Source: Pristiophorus japonicus (lineage: Eukaryota). From it: a stretch of 64,000 nt of DNA. Every line of letters begins with the position of its first letter. Position 1 is the stretch's first letter. Of this stretch, positions 40,990 to 52,325 are shown in pieces. The notes under the pieces were generated by a model that worked only from the letters and a program-made list of their open reading frames with translations, had not been told where the DNA came from and ran no database searches. The DNA is taken from contig NC_091981.1 of NCBI RefSeq assembly GCF_044704955.1, positions 5,890,001-5,954,000 on the forward strand, written 5' to 3'. A program made the translations under genes and the position numbers.

Positions 40990-41556
40990 AGAGATGCCCA
41001 AATTGGCCCATTTTTTTTTTTAACCGCGGAGGCGCCGATAATCGTAACATTGTCCTCATTTTTGGGGGGAGGGGCGGTGGCCGTTCCGGCCCGGCAGCAA
41101 CCCCCTTTCCACCCCGCATGGGGAATAGCCCCGCAGGATATGGCCCTACGGGAGTGGATGGGCCGCCGCTCGGTGCCCCCAACAACATCCCCCCGGTTAG
41201 GCGCCCTTAAAGGGGAGGGCGCGATACGGCGGCTGCCATTTTATTTTAATTGTCGGCCTACTCCGAGGTGGGCCCGACAATGGTGGCCACGGGTTCAGCC
41301 GAACCCAGTCCCGGCGTCCCCCCCCGCTTGGGATACCGGGCCCACTGGCCCGGCCGAAGCCCTCGCTGGTGGCCCAGCGTTTGCCAATAACGTGGCTGCA
41401 GAGTTCGCAGCGGCCCCTCCCCTTTAACTGAAGGGGAAGGAATTTGCTACACGTAGCGCGACCCATACCGACGACATGGATTGGGGCGGAGAAAAATCTT
41501 CAAGATTGGTAGGTGCGCCCCCTTTCAGTCCAGGGCAGGAGGGGGGGGCAATTTCG
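40990..41556. mobile_element. CpG-rich non-autonomous DNA transposon-like repeat
   Basis: Ends cccaaattggccc ... ggggcaatttcg resemble the TIRs at 61095. Confidence 0.5.
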
Positions 41557-41574
41557 ATCTGATTGTATTTTAAA

Positions 41575-42561
41575 GAAAGAAAGACTTGAATTTCCATGAC
41601 AATCAGACATCCAAAGCACTATACAACCAATAAAATACTTTTTGAAGTGTAGTCACTGTTGTAATGTGGGAAACACAGCAGTCATTATTGCACACAGCAA
41701 GCTCCCACACACAGCAATGTGATAATGACTGGATAATCTGTTTTAGTGATGTTGGTTGAGGGATAAATATTGGCCCCAGGACACCGGGGAGAACTCCCCT
41801 GCTCTTCTTCAAAATAGTGCTCTGGGATCTTTTACATCCCCCTGAGAGAGCAGACGGGGCCTCGGTTTAATGTCTCATCCGAAATACGGCACCTCCGACA
41901 AAGCGGCACTCCCTCACCACTGCCCCTCCGACAGTGCAGTGCTCCCTCACCACTGCCCCTCCGACAGTGCAGTGCTCCCTCAGTACTGTCCCTCCGACAG
42001 TGCGGCACTCCCTCAGTACTGCCCCTCCGACAGTGCGGTGCTCCCTCAGCACTGCCCCTCCGACAGTGCAGTGCTCCCTCAGTACTGTCCCTCCGACAGT
42101 GCGGCACTCCCTCAGTACTGCCCCTCCGACAGTGCAGCGCTCCCTCAGCACTGCCCCTCCGATAGTGCGGCGCTCCCTCAGCACTGCCCCTCCAACAGTG
42201 TGGTACTCCCTCAGTACTGCCCCTCCGACAGTGCGGCGCTCCCTCAGTACTGCCCCTCCAACAGTGCAGTGCTCCCTCAGTACTGCTCCCCCAACAGTGC
42301 AGCACTCCCTCAGCACTGCCTCTCCGACAGTGCGGCGCTCCCTCAGTATTGCCCCTCCGACAGTGCAGCACTCCCTCAGTACTGCCACTCAGACAGTGCG
42401 GCACTCCCTCAGTACCGCACCTCCGACATTGCGGCGCTCTCTCAGTAATGCACTGGGAGTGTCAGCCTAGATTTTTGTGCTCAAGTTCCTGGAGTGGGAC
42501 TGGAACCCACAACCTTCTGACTCAGAGGCGAAAGTGCTGCCCACTGAGCCACAGCTGACAC
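41575..42561 (-). mobile_element. Deu-type SINE with about seventeen 33-bp repeats
   Basis: Complete head, array, core and tail. Confidence 0.9.
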
Positions 42562-42679
42562 TTAAGGAAGGAAATAACACACAGTTAAGGGACTAACTTA
42601 GTAGTTTAGAAGATGTCCAAATCTACTCTAATAATTTAAATCTTTCACTGAGATTATGACCTGTATATAGAGTTCTCTC

Positions 42680-43235
42680 TAGAAATCGACAGCACGGAAG
42701 GAAGCCATTCAGCCCATCGTGTCTGCGCCGAACGACAAAGAGCTATCCAGACTAATCCCACTTTCCAGCTCTCGGTCCGTAGCCCTGTAGGTTACAGCAC
42801 TTCAGGTGCACATCCAAGTACTTTTTAAATGTGATGAGGGTTTCTGCCTCTACCACCCTTTCAGGCCGTGAGTTCCAGACCACCACCACCCTCTGGGTGA
42901 AATAGGTTCTCCAACTCCCCTCTAATCCTTCTACCAATTACTTTAAATCTAGGCTCCCTGGTTATTGACCTCTCTGCTAAGGGAAAGAGCTGCTTCCTAT
43001 CCACTCTATCTAGGCCCCTCATAATGTTATACACCTCAACTAAGTTTCCCCTCAACTTCCTCTGTTCGAAAAAAACAAACCCAGCCTATCCAACCTTTCC
43101 TCATTGCTGAAATTCTCCAGTTCTGGCAACATCCTCATAACTCTCCTCTGTACCCTCTCTAGTGCAATCACATCTTTCCTGTAATGTGGTGACCAGAACT
43201 GCACGCAGTACTCCAGCTGTGTTTTATACAGATTC
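42680..43235 (-). mobile_element. 5'-truncated CR1
   Basis: ORFs 42752-43261 (LEYCVQFWSPHY). Confidence 0.88.
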
Positions 43236-43625
43236 AACTTTCCACAATCCACTGTTTTCATGGTTGTAATGTATTTGCTTCCTTGCTTAAGAATTCATAG
43301 CAACACATTGCTATTAAGAACAAGCTGGTTTATTAGCAAAGGTTTAACAATCACACTGCACATTACCAGTTCATCCACCAGGCTCACAACCACATGCCTC
43401 ATCGTGGATCCCCACAACACAACTGGCCGGGGTTTTATTGAGTCTTGTGAACATCACGTGACTGGCTAAGCCACTCACAATGCAACAGCTCCTTGAACCT
43501 GTGCACAAACCCAGTTTCACATACCACTGTCACACCTGTACAGGTAACAGATATAGTCGAGTGAGAATAAGACTCACTGTTTAAATCAACAACTGCAGGC
43601 ATTATTTGATTATGTGCGATTATTT

Positions 43626-44447
43626 GTGTCAGCTGTGGCTCAGTGGGCAGCACATTCGCCTCTGAGTCAGAAGGTTGTGGGTTCAAGTCCCACTCCAGGG
43701 ACTTAAGCACAAAAATCTAGGCTGACACTCCCAGTGCAGTACTGAGGGAGTGCCGCACTGTCGGAGGGGCAGTGCTGAGGGAGCGCCACACTGTCGGAGG
43801 GGCAGTACTGAGGGAGCACCGCATTGTCGGAGAGGCAGTGCTGAGGGAGCGCCGCACTGTCGGAGGGGCAGTACTGAGGGAGCACCGCATTGTCGGAGAG
43901 GCAGTGCTGAGGGAGTGCCGCACTGTCGGAGGGGCAGTGCTGAGGGAGCGCCGCACTGTCGGAGGGGCAGTACTGAGGGAGCACTGTACAATTGGAGGTG
44001 CTGCCTTTCGGATGAGATGTTAAACCGAGGCCCCGTCTGCTCTCTCAGGTGGGCGTAACAGATCCTATGGCGCTATTTCGAAGAATAGATTTTTGAATAT
44101 TAAGGGAATCAAGGGATATAGGGATAGTGCAGGGAAGCGGAGCTGAGTTAGAAGATCCGCCAGGATCTTACTGAATGGCAGAGCAGGCTCGAGGAGCCGA
44201 ACGGCCTAATCCTGCTCCGAGTTCTTATGTTCTGAAAACAGGAGGAGTTATCCCCGGTGTCCTGGTCAATATTCATCCCTCAATCAACATCACTAAAACA
44301 GATTATCTGGTCACTATCACACTGCTGTGTGTGGGAGCTTGCTGTGTGTAAATCGGCTGCCGCGTTTCCAACATTACACTTCAAAAAGTACTTCATTGGC
44401 TGTAAATTGCTTTAGGACATCCTGAGGTTGAGAAAGGCGCTATATAA
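43626..44447 (+). mobile_element. Deu-type SINE with eight 33-bp repeats and a CR1 3' end inserted at about 44085-44233
   Basis: Head, array, split core and tail. Confidence 0.88.
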
Positions 44448-44519
44448 AAATATATGCAATGGATTCTATGCAATGCTCCTGTTGTTCGCTCTCTGCTCCT
44501 ACAGCCTTGTTAAATTATG

Positions 44520-47500
44520 AAACATAGAAAATAGGTGCAGGAGCAGGCCATTCGGCCTTTCGAGCCTGCACCACCATTCAATGAGTTCATGGCTGATCAT
44601 TCCTTCAGTACCCCTTTCCTGCTTTCTCTCCATACCCCTTGATCCCTTTAGCTGTAAGGGACATATCTAACTCCCTCTTGAATATATCCAATGAACTGGC
44701 ATCAACAACTCTCTGCTGCAGGGAATTCCACAGGTTAACAACTCTCTGAGTGAAGAAGTTTCTCCTCATCTCAGTCCTAAATGGCCTACCCCTTATCCTA
44801 AGACTGTGTCCCCTGGTTCTGGACTTCCCCAACATCGGGAATATTCTTCCCGCATCTAGCCTGTCCAGTCCAGTCAGAATCTTATATGTTTCTATGAGAT
44901 CCCCTCTCATCCTTCTAAACTCCAGTGAATACAGGCCCAGTTGATCCAGTCTCTCCTCATATGTCAGTCCAGCCATCCCTGGAATCAGTCTAGTGAACCT
45001 GCGCTGCACTCCCTCAATAGCAAGAATGTTCTTCCTCAGATTAGGAGACCAAAACTGAACACAATATTCCAGGTGGGGCCTCACCAAGGCCCTGTACAAC
45101 TGCAGTAAGACCTCCCTGCTCCTGTACTCAAAACTCCTTGCTATGAAGGCCAACATACCATTTGCCTTCTTCACCGCCTGCTGTACCTGCATGCCAACTT
45201 TCAATGACTGATGTACCATGACACCCAGGTCTCGCTGCACCTCCCCTTTTCCTAATCTGCCGCCATTCAGATAATATTCTGCCTTCGTGTTTTTGCCTCC
45301 AAGATAGATAACCTCACATTTATCCACATTATACTGCATCTTCCATGTATTTGCCCACTCGCCTAACCTGTCCAAGTCACCCTGCAGCCTCTTGGTGTCC
45401 TCCTCACAGATCACACCGCCACCAAGTTTAGTGTCATATACAAACTTGGAGATATTACACTCAATTCCATCATCTAAATCATTAATATATATTGTAAAGA
45501 GCTGGGGTCCCAGCACTGAGTCCTGCGGCACTCCACTAGTCACTGCCTGCCATTCTGAAAAGGACCCGTTAATCCCAACTCTCTGCTTCCTGTCTGCCAA
45601 CCAGTTCTCTATCCACATCAGTATATTGCCCCCAATACCATGTGCTTTGATTTTGCACACCAATCTCGTGTGTGGGACCTTGTCAAAAGCCTTTTGAAAG
45701 TCCAAATACACCACATCCACTGGTTCTCCCTTGTCCATTCTACTAGTTAGATCCTCAAAAAATTCCAGAAGATTTGTCAAGCAAGATTTCCCCTTCATAA
45801 ATCCATGCTGACTTGAACCAATCCTATCACTGCTCTCCAAATGCGCTGCTATTTCATCCTTAATGATTGATTCCAACATTTTCTCCACCACTGATGTCAG
45901 GCTAACCGGTCTATAATTACCCGTTTTCTCTCTCCCTCCCTTTTTTTAAAAAGTGGTGTTACATTAGCAACCCTCTAGTCCATAGGAACTGATCCAGAGT
46001 CGATAGACTGTTGGAAAATGATCACCAATGCATCCACTATTTCTAGGGCCACTTCCTTAAGTACTCTGGGATGTAGACTATCAGACCCTGGGCATTTATC
46101 GGCCTTCAATCCCATCAATTTCCCTAACATAATTTCCCGCCCAATAAGGATATCCTTCAGTTCCTCCTTCTCACTCAACCCTCGGTCCCCTAGTACATCG
46201 GGAAGGTTATTTGTGTCTTCCTTTGTGAAGACAGAACCAAAGTACGTGTTCAATTGGTCTGCCATTTCTTTGTTCCCCATTATAAATTCACCCGAATCCA
46301 ACTGCAAGGGACCTACGTTTGTCTTCACTAATCTTTTTCTCTTCACATATCTATAGAAGCTTTTGCAGTCAGTTTTTATGTTTCCAGCAAGCTTCCTCTC
46401 ATACTCTATTTTCCCCCTCTTAATTAAACCCTTTGTTCTCCTCTGCTGAATTCTAAAATTCTCCCAGTCCTCCGGTTTGCTGCTCTTTCTAGCTAATTTG
46501 TATGCCTCTTCCTTGGAATTAATACTATCCTTAATTTCCCTTGTTAGCCACGGTTGAGCCACCTTCCCCATTTTATTGTTATTCCAGGCAGGGATGTACA
46601 ATTGCTGAAGTTCGTCCATGTGATCTTTAAATGTTTGCCATTGCCTATCCACCATCAACCCTTTAAGTATTCTTTGCCGGTCTATTCTAGCCAATTTGCG
46701 CCTCATACCATCAAAGTTACCTTTCCTTAAGTTCAGGACCCTAGTTTCCGAATTAACTTTATCACTCTCCATCTTAATAAGAAATTCTACCATATTATGG
46801 TCACTCTTCCCCAAGGGGCCTCGCACAACAAGATTGCTAATTAGTCCCTTCTCATTACACATCACCCAGTCTAGGATGGCCAGCTCTCTGGTTGGTTCCT
46901 CGACATATTGGTCTAGAAAACCATCCCTTATGCACTCCAGGAAATCCTCCTCCACCGCATTGCTACCAGTTTGGTTAGCCCAATCAATATGTAGATTAAA
47001 GTCGCCCATGATTACTGTTGTACCTTTATTGCACACATCCCTTATTTCTTGTTTGATGCTGTCCCCAACCTCACGAGTACTATTTGGTGGCCTGTACACA
47101 ACTCCCACTAGCGTTTTCTGCCCTTTGGTATTCCGTAGCTGCACCCATACCGATTCCACATCATCCAGGCTAATGTCCTTCCTTACAATTGCAGTAATTT
47201 CCTCTTTAACCAACAACGCCACCCCGCCTCCTTTTCCTTTCTGGTCTGTCCTTCCTAAATGCCGAATACCCCTGGATGTTGAGTTCCCAACCTTGGTCAC
47301 CCTGGAGCCATGTCTCCGTGATGCCAACCACATCGTATCCGTTAACTGCTATCTGCGCAGTTAATTCGTCCACCTTATTCCCAATACCCCTCGCATTGAG
47401 GCACAGGTCGTGCGTGCTGCAGAGTAAATCCACCCGTAGCTCCCGTGTCGTAAGGCGGCCTGTCAGGAGCTGCAGGCGGATGCACTTCCCGCACACGTAG

Positions 47501-47545
47501 TCGTCAGGGGGCCCACCGGGAGCGTCCCTGACTGACTTCCCACAC
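44520..47545 (-). mobile_element. CR1 LINE with nearly complete ORF2 and an internal deletion joining ORF1 to the endonuclease
   Basis: ORFs 45975-47333 and 44605-45891 carry endonuclease and RT motifs. ORF 47206-47496 joins the ORF1 segment CGKCIRLQLL directly to LNARGIGNK. Confidence 0.92.
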
Positions 47546-47652
47546 AGTACCGGACTACAGACAAGTTATTTGATTGCAGATATATACGCAATGGATTTTC
47601 CGCAAGGCTCCCGTTTTGCTCCCTCTGCCCCGCCCAACACTTGTTTGCTTAC

Positions 47653-47750
47653 CTTGGCCGCCGAGCCCCCTGGAGTTTGGCGTCCGGTCGCTTGGCGACG
47701 GCGCGGGGCACGCCGGGAGCTGGCCACCCGCCGTCACCGATCGGCCGCTT
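47653..47750 (-). other. NEK11: Putative non-coding first exon of NEK11 (5' boundary approximate)
   Basis: Strong minus-strand donor CAAG|gtaagc at 47653/47652 at the edge of the CpG island, next to a CRE palindrome and an X-box-like motif. Confidence 0.55.
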
Positions 47751-48615
47751 TCGCAGTGACGTCACCCCCATGGCTGGCGGCCACCCCCTCCCCCTCCCCC
47801 TCCCTCCCCCCAGCCCGGAAACAACTCCTCCCTGTCGCCTCTCCAGCTCTGGGCTCTTGCAATGAAAAGTTTTGGGGGGGGTTTTGAAAGTTTTTGTTGC
47901 ATTTTATTGATGGCAGATTGGATCTGGCGATGAAAGTTAATGCTGAATACCCGCATCAATATTTCTATCAGACCATTCGCACCGGCAATCTTTTCCTTCC
48001 AGCGAAGACTTTTGCAAATTTGAACTTTTATTATATTTGCAGATCAAAGGTCCAAACTTGTCACCAGCTCCACTGCAAACAGCGGGCAGCGGGCAGGGGG
48101 CCGCGGTCAGTCGGATGTGTTGTTCGGAGTGTTTGCAATTGCGGCTCTGACGTTGCCCAGGACAGGAGGGAGCTTGGTCCCTGTGAGGAGCAAGACTCGC
48201 GTGTTCGGTCTGCAGTCGCCATCGGGCAGCTCGACAGCCTGGGTTGGGTGAGCATTAAAATGAAGCAGCGTTCGCACACCCCGACAAGTGGTGTGATTAT
48301 ATACGTGGAGAGGTGCCACGGAGCCACAGCCTGTGCTGCGCTATGCTGCTGCTCCCTCCGTCCTCCTGTTCCCCCCCCCACCCCACCCCCCGGGCCTGCT
48401 GCAGACCCTGCAGCCGGGGGGGGATGTGACCGCAGAGCCCGTGCTCAGCTCCCGGGGGGGGCAAGCCGGGCCAGTGCAGGAGAGAGAGAGAGGGGAGGGA
48501 TTTGTCGGATGGGCGGGGCCTGTTGAAGCGGGCGCGGCTGATCACGAGGCGGCGGTTGACGCGCCCCGGCGCGAGCTCCGATTCAAACGTGTGCTGCGCG
48601 CGCGGAGGGCGAGGC

Positions 48616-48860
48616 GGGGGTGAAGCACTGTGATTGGGTGGGGCGTTGCGTTTCGGGGCGGGGGGGGGGGGGTGAAGCGCTGTGATTGGGTGGGGCGTTG
48701 CGTTGCGGGGGTGAAGCGCTGTGATTGGGTGGGGCGTTGCGTTGCGGGGCGGGGGTGAAGCGCTGTGATTGGGTGGGGCGTTGCGTTTCGGGGGGGGGGG
48801 GGGGTGAAGCGCTGTGATTGGGTGGGGCGTTGCGGGGCGGCCCGAGCGCTGTGATTGGAC
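48616..48860. promoter_or_regulatory. Tandem array of six inverted CCAAT (NF-Y) boxes with GC/GT boxes
   Basis: Five copies of about GGGGGTGAAGCGCTGTGATTGGGTGGGGCGTTGCG plus a sixth GCGCTGTGATTGG (reverse CCAATCACAG), ending about 90 bp upstream of the HSCB ATG. Confidence 0.75.
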
Positions 48861-48947
48861 GGGACCGGGTGACTGGGCGGGGGCGACAGGCGGTTGTCCG
48901 CCCGGCCCCTCACGGAGCGCGCGCGCGCGCTGACGGACGGACGGACG

Positions 48948-49576
48948 ATGTTGCGCGGCCTGGTGTGTCGGGCCTGCCGCCCGGGGCCTCGCCTGCTCGT
49001 CCTCCTTCACCTCAGCCCGGCCGTGACAGGCGGGCGGTTGCTCCCTGCCCGGGCCGCGATAACCCCCTCGACCGGCGGCGGCCTCGGCCTCCTCACTCAG
49101 TTGGCCCCGCGGACTTTCTGCTCCTCCCCGGCCGGCTGCTGGCGCTGCGGGGCGGCCCAGCCTGACCCGGGCCCGGAGCCTCCTGACTTCTTCTGTCCGG
49201 CCTGCCAGGCCTTGCAGCCGCCCGACCGCCGCCTGGATTATTTTCGCTTGCTGGGCGCGCCGCGAACTTTCCGCCTGGAACCGCGGCGGCTGCGGGAGGC
49301 TCACCGGCGGCTCCAGAGGGCACTGCACCCGGACCGGTTCGGCGGCAGCTGCCCGGTCCAGCGCCGGCACTCGGAGCAGCAGTCGGCGCGGCTCAACGAG
49401 GCGCTGGCCGCCCTGCTGCGGCCCGTGTCGCGGGGCCTGTACCTGCTGCGGCTGGAGGGCGAGGGAGAGACCGAGACCGAGGCCGTGGCAGGCGGTGAGG
49501 CCGAGGCCCCGGACCCCGCCTTCCTGGCCGCCGTGCTGGAGCTCAATGAGCGGCTGGCGGACGGCGGCGAGGCCGA
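48948..49576 (+). CDS. HSCB: Mitochondrial iron-sulfur cluster co-chaperone HscB, intronless over the visible part, 3' end lost in the assembly gap
   Basis: Arg/Leu-rich transit-peptide-like N-terminus, tetracysteine motif CWRC...FFCPAC followed by QALQPPD, DYF, J-domain LHPD, LLRPVSRGLYLL and FLAAVLELNERL. The frame is open for about 209 codons up to the N run. Confidence 0.93.
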
Positions 49577-49776
49577 NNNNNNNNNNNNNNNNNNNNNNNN
49601 NNNNNNNNNNNNNNNNNNNNNNNNNNNNNNNNNNNNNNNNNNNNNNNNNNNNNNNNNNNNNNNNNNNNNNNNNNNNNNNNNNNNNNNNNNNNNNNNNNNN
49701 NNNNNNNNNNNNNNNNNNNNNNNNNNNNNNNNNNNNNNNNNNNNNNNNNNNNNNNNNNNNNNNNNNNNNNNNNNNN
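49577..49776. other. Assembly gap (200 N, probably placeholder length)
   Basis: Run of exactly 200 N. Confidence 0.99.
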
Positions 49777-50583
49777 CTCCCCCCTTCCCCTCTTCTACTC
49801 CCCTTCTTCCTGCCCTTCTCCCCCTTCTCCCCCTTCCCCTCTTCTCCTCCCCCCTCCCCCTTCCCCTCTCCCCTCCCCCCTTCCCCTCTCCCCTCCCCCT
49901 CTCCTCCCCTCTCCCCTTCCCCCCCCCCTTCTCCCCTTCCCCCCCCCTTCTCCCCTTCCCCCCCCCCTTCTCCCCTTCCCCCCCCCCTTCTCCCCTTCCC
50001 CCCCCCCTTCTCCCCTTCCCCCCCTTCTCCCCTTCCCCCCCCCTTCTCCCCTTCCCCTCTCCCCCCTTCCCCTCTCCTCCCCTCTCCCCCCTTCCCCTCT
50101 CCTCCCCTCTCCCCCCTTCCCCTCTCCTCCCCTCCCCCTCTCCTCCCCTCCCCCCTTCCCCTCTCCCCCCTCCTCCCCTCCCCCCCTTCCCCTCTCCCCC
50201 CTTCCCCTCTTCTCTTCTCCCCCTCCCCTCTTCTCCCCTCCCCCCTTCTCCCCGGCTCAGTCTGTCTCTCTTCCCCTTTCCCTCCTTCCCCTTTCCTCCC
50301 CTTCCCTTTCCTCCCCTTCCCTTTCCTCCCCTTCCCTTTCCTCCCCTTCCCTTTCCTCCCCTTCCTTTCCTCCCCTCCCCTTTCCCCCCCTTCCCTTTCC
50401 CCCCCTCCCCTTCCCTTTCCTCCCCTTCCCCCCCCCTCCCTTTCCCCCCTTTTCCTCCCCTCCCCCCTTTCCTCCCCCCTCCCCCCCTTTCCTCCCCTCC
50501 CCCTTCCCCCTCCCCCTCCCCCTTCCCCCTCCCCCTCCCCCTCCCCCCTCTCCCTCCCCCCCTCTCCCCCCCCCCTCCCCCCT
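49777..50583. repeat. About 800-bp polypyrimidine/polypurine low-complexity tract
   Basis: Almost only C/T on the plus strand (CCCCTT/CCCCTC-type units). Confidence 0.95.
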
Positions 50584-50671
50584 CGGCAAACGAGCCAAAG
50601 GTGGGCAGAGGAACTCATTTTGAGAGTGGAAGCAAGTCTTCCTCGATTCAGAGGGACTGCCTATGGTGGTG

Positions 50672-51045
50672 ATTACAGCCTTCTGCACTTCAACTCATAA
50701 CCTCTAACCCCATTTCTTCGGATGTTGGCAGTTCGGATGACTGATGATTCGGCCATTCCCATTTACACCTTGTAGACCCATATTTTGTTTCTTTATTATC
50801 TCCTTGCACCATCATAGAACACTTACAGCCTGGAAGGTGAGCCCGTGCCGACTCTCAGAATCTTTTTCATTTAAAATCTCCTGCCTTCTACCCTTTTGTT
50901 CTCCTCCCGGCCTACCCCGCCCTTTTTGCACTTGCTCAAAACCCGTCACATCTCGTTCTGACAAAAGGTCACTGACCTGAAATGTTTCTCTCGCCACAGA
51001 TGCTGCCAGACCTGCTGAGTGTCTCCAGCACTTTGTTTCTATTGT
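50672..51045 (+). mobile_element. Penelope-like element 3'/pLTR remnant with a degenerate hammerhead
   Basis: LQPS-type ORF end, then CTGACAA-A-AGGTCactGACCT-GAAA and an acagatgctgccagacctgctgag motif shared with 61490-61580. Confidence 0.6.
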
Positions 51046-51544
51046 CCTCCAAAAGCCTGTGGCCTTATCTACACCAAATCCCCCTCACCAGTGTCTGGGT
51101 AGCACTGAGTCAGAAAGTTGTGAGTTCAGAGTCAGTTCAGCTAATTGAAAACCCCTCCACGTGATTACAAGTTACAGAATGGTTAGATTTATTAATCCTG
51201 CTGGAAAATGTATTGAAGTGACTGCACTTTAAAACTACTTCATTAGCTGTGAAGCGCTTTGAGACGTCCGGTGGTTGTGAAAGGCGCTATATAAATGCAA
51301 GTCTTTTTTCACCCCTGTGACGGTGTAGCCGGGTCAGAAATTGAAACTGATTTGACAGCTGTTTCACAAGGATGGTGGCTGTAATTTTATGGGAATGTAC
51401 AAATTCTTTCACTTCATCTACACATCCAACTTTTAACACATGGGTATACAGAGGTTCCGCCAGTCAATGAGATCATGGCTGATCTGCGACCTGACTCCAT
51501 ATACCTGCCCTTGGCCCACATCCCTTAACCAAAGGTATTAAAGG

Positions 51545-51937
51545 TCCATCCCAAATGCTTTACAGCCAATGAGGTACTTATGGAGAGTAGTCACTGTTGT
51601 AATGTAGAAAACACAGCAGCCAATTTGCACACAGCAAGCTCCCACACACAGCAATGTGATAATGACCAGAAAATCTGTTTGTGATGTTGATTGAGGGATA
51701 ACTCCCCTGCTCTTCTTCGAAATAGTGCCATGGGATCTTTTATGTTCACCTGAACACAGACGGCCCCTCCGACAGTGCGGCGCTCTCTCAGCGCTGCCCC
51801 TCCGACAGTGCGGCGCTCCCTCAGCGCTGCCCCTGGAGTGTCCGCCTAGATTTTTCTGCTCAAGTCTCTGGAATGGGATTTGAAGCCACAACTTTCTTAC
51901 TCAGGCAAGAGTGCTGCCCACTGAGCCACAGCTGACA
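51545..51937 (-). mobile_element. Deu-type SINE with about two 33-bp units
   Basis: Head, core and tail on the minus strand. Confidence 0.85.
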
Positions 51938-51939
51938 CA

Positions 51940-52325
51940 CAGGTTAGAAGGTTAAGAGGTGATTTGATCAAAGTTTTCACAATATTAAGGGGAACAGATA
52001 GGGTAGATAGAAACTATTTCCGCTGTTTGGGGTGTCTAGGACTAGGGGGCATAGTCTCAACATGAGAGCCAGACCTTTCAGAAGTGAAATTAGGAAACAC
52101 CTCTACAGATAAAGGGTGGTAGAAATTTGGAACTCTCTGCTGCAAACGGTAATTGATGCTGGGTCAATTAATTTTAAATCGGAGATTGATGACTTTCTGT
52201 TAACCAAAGGTATTAAGGGATGTGGGGCAAAGGCGTGTTTTTGGAGTTAGGTCGCAGATCAGCCATGATCTCATTGAATGGCGGAACAGGCTCAAGGAGC
52301 TGAACGGCCTCCTCCTGTTCCTATG
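51940..52325 (+). mobile_element. CR1 3' fragment
   Basis: SRTRGHSL-type 3' ORF2 sequence and CR1 3' UTR. Confidence 0.8.

Larger units (their letters stand above)
47400..49576. promoter_or_regulatory. CpG island / divergent promoter region of NEK11 versus HSCB/ASTE1
   Basis: Visibly high CpG and GC density between oppositely oriented genes. Contains a CRE palindrome GTGACGTCAC (47756-47765), GC boxes and a CCAAT array. Confidence 0.8.

Noticed and set aside
47894-48526. 210-aa ORF in the promoter region
   Set aside because: Non-ATG start, no recognisable motif, and expected by chance in GC-rich DNA.
48297-50700. 773-aa Gly-rich and 401/592-aa Pro-rich ORFs
   Set aside because: Produced by reading through the N gap and the low-complexity tract; only 48948-49576 has recognisable homology.
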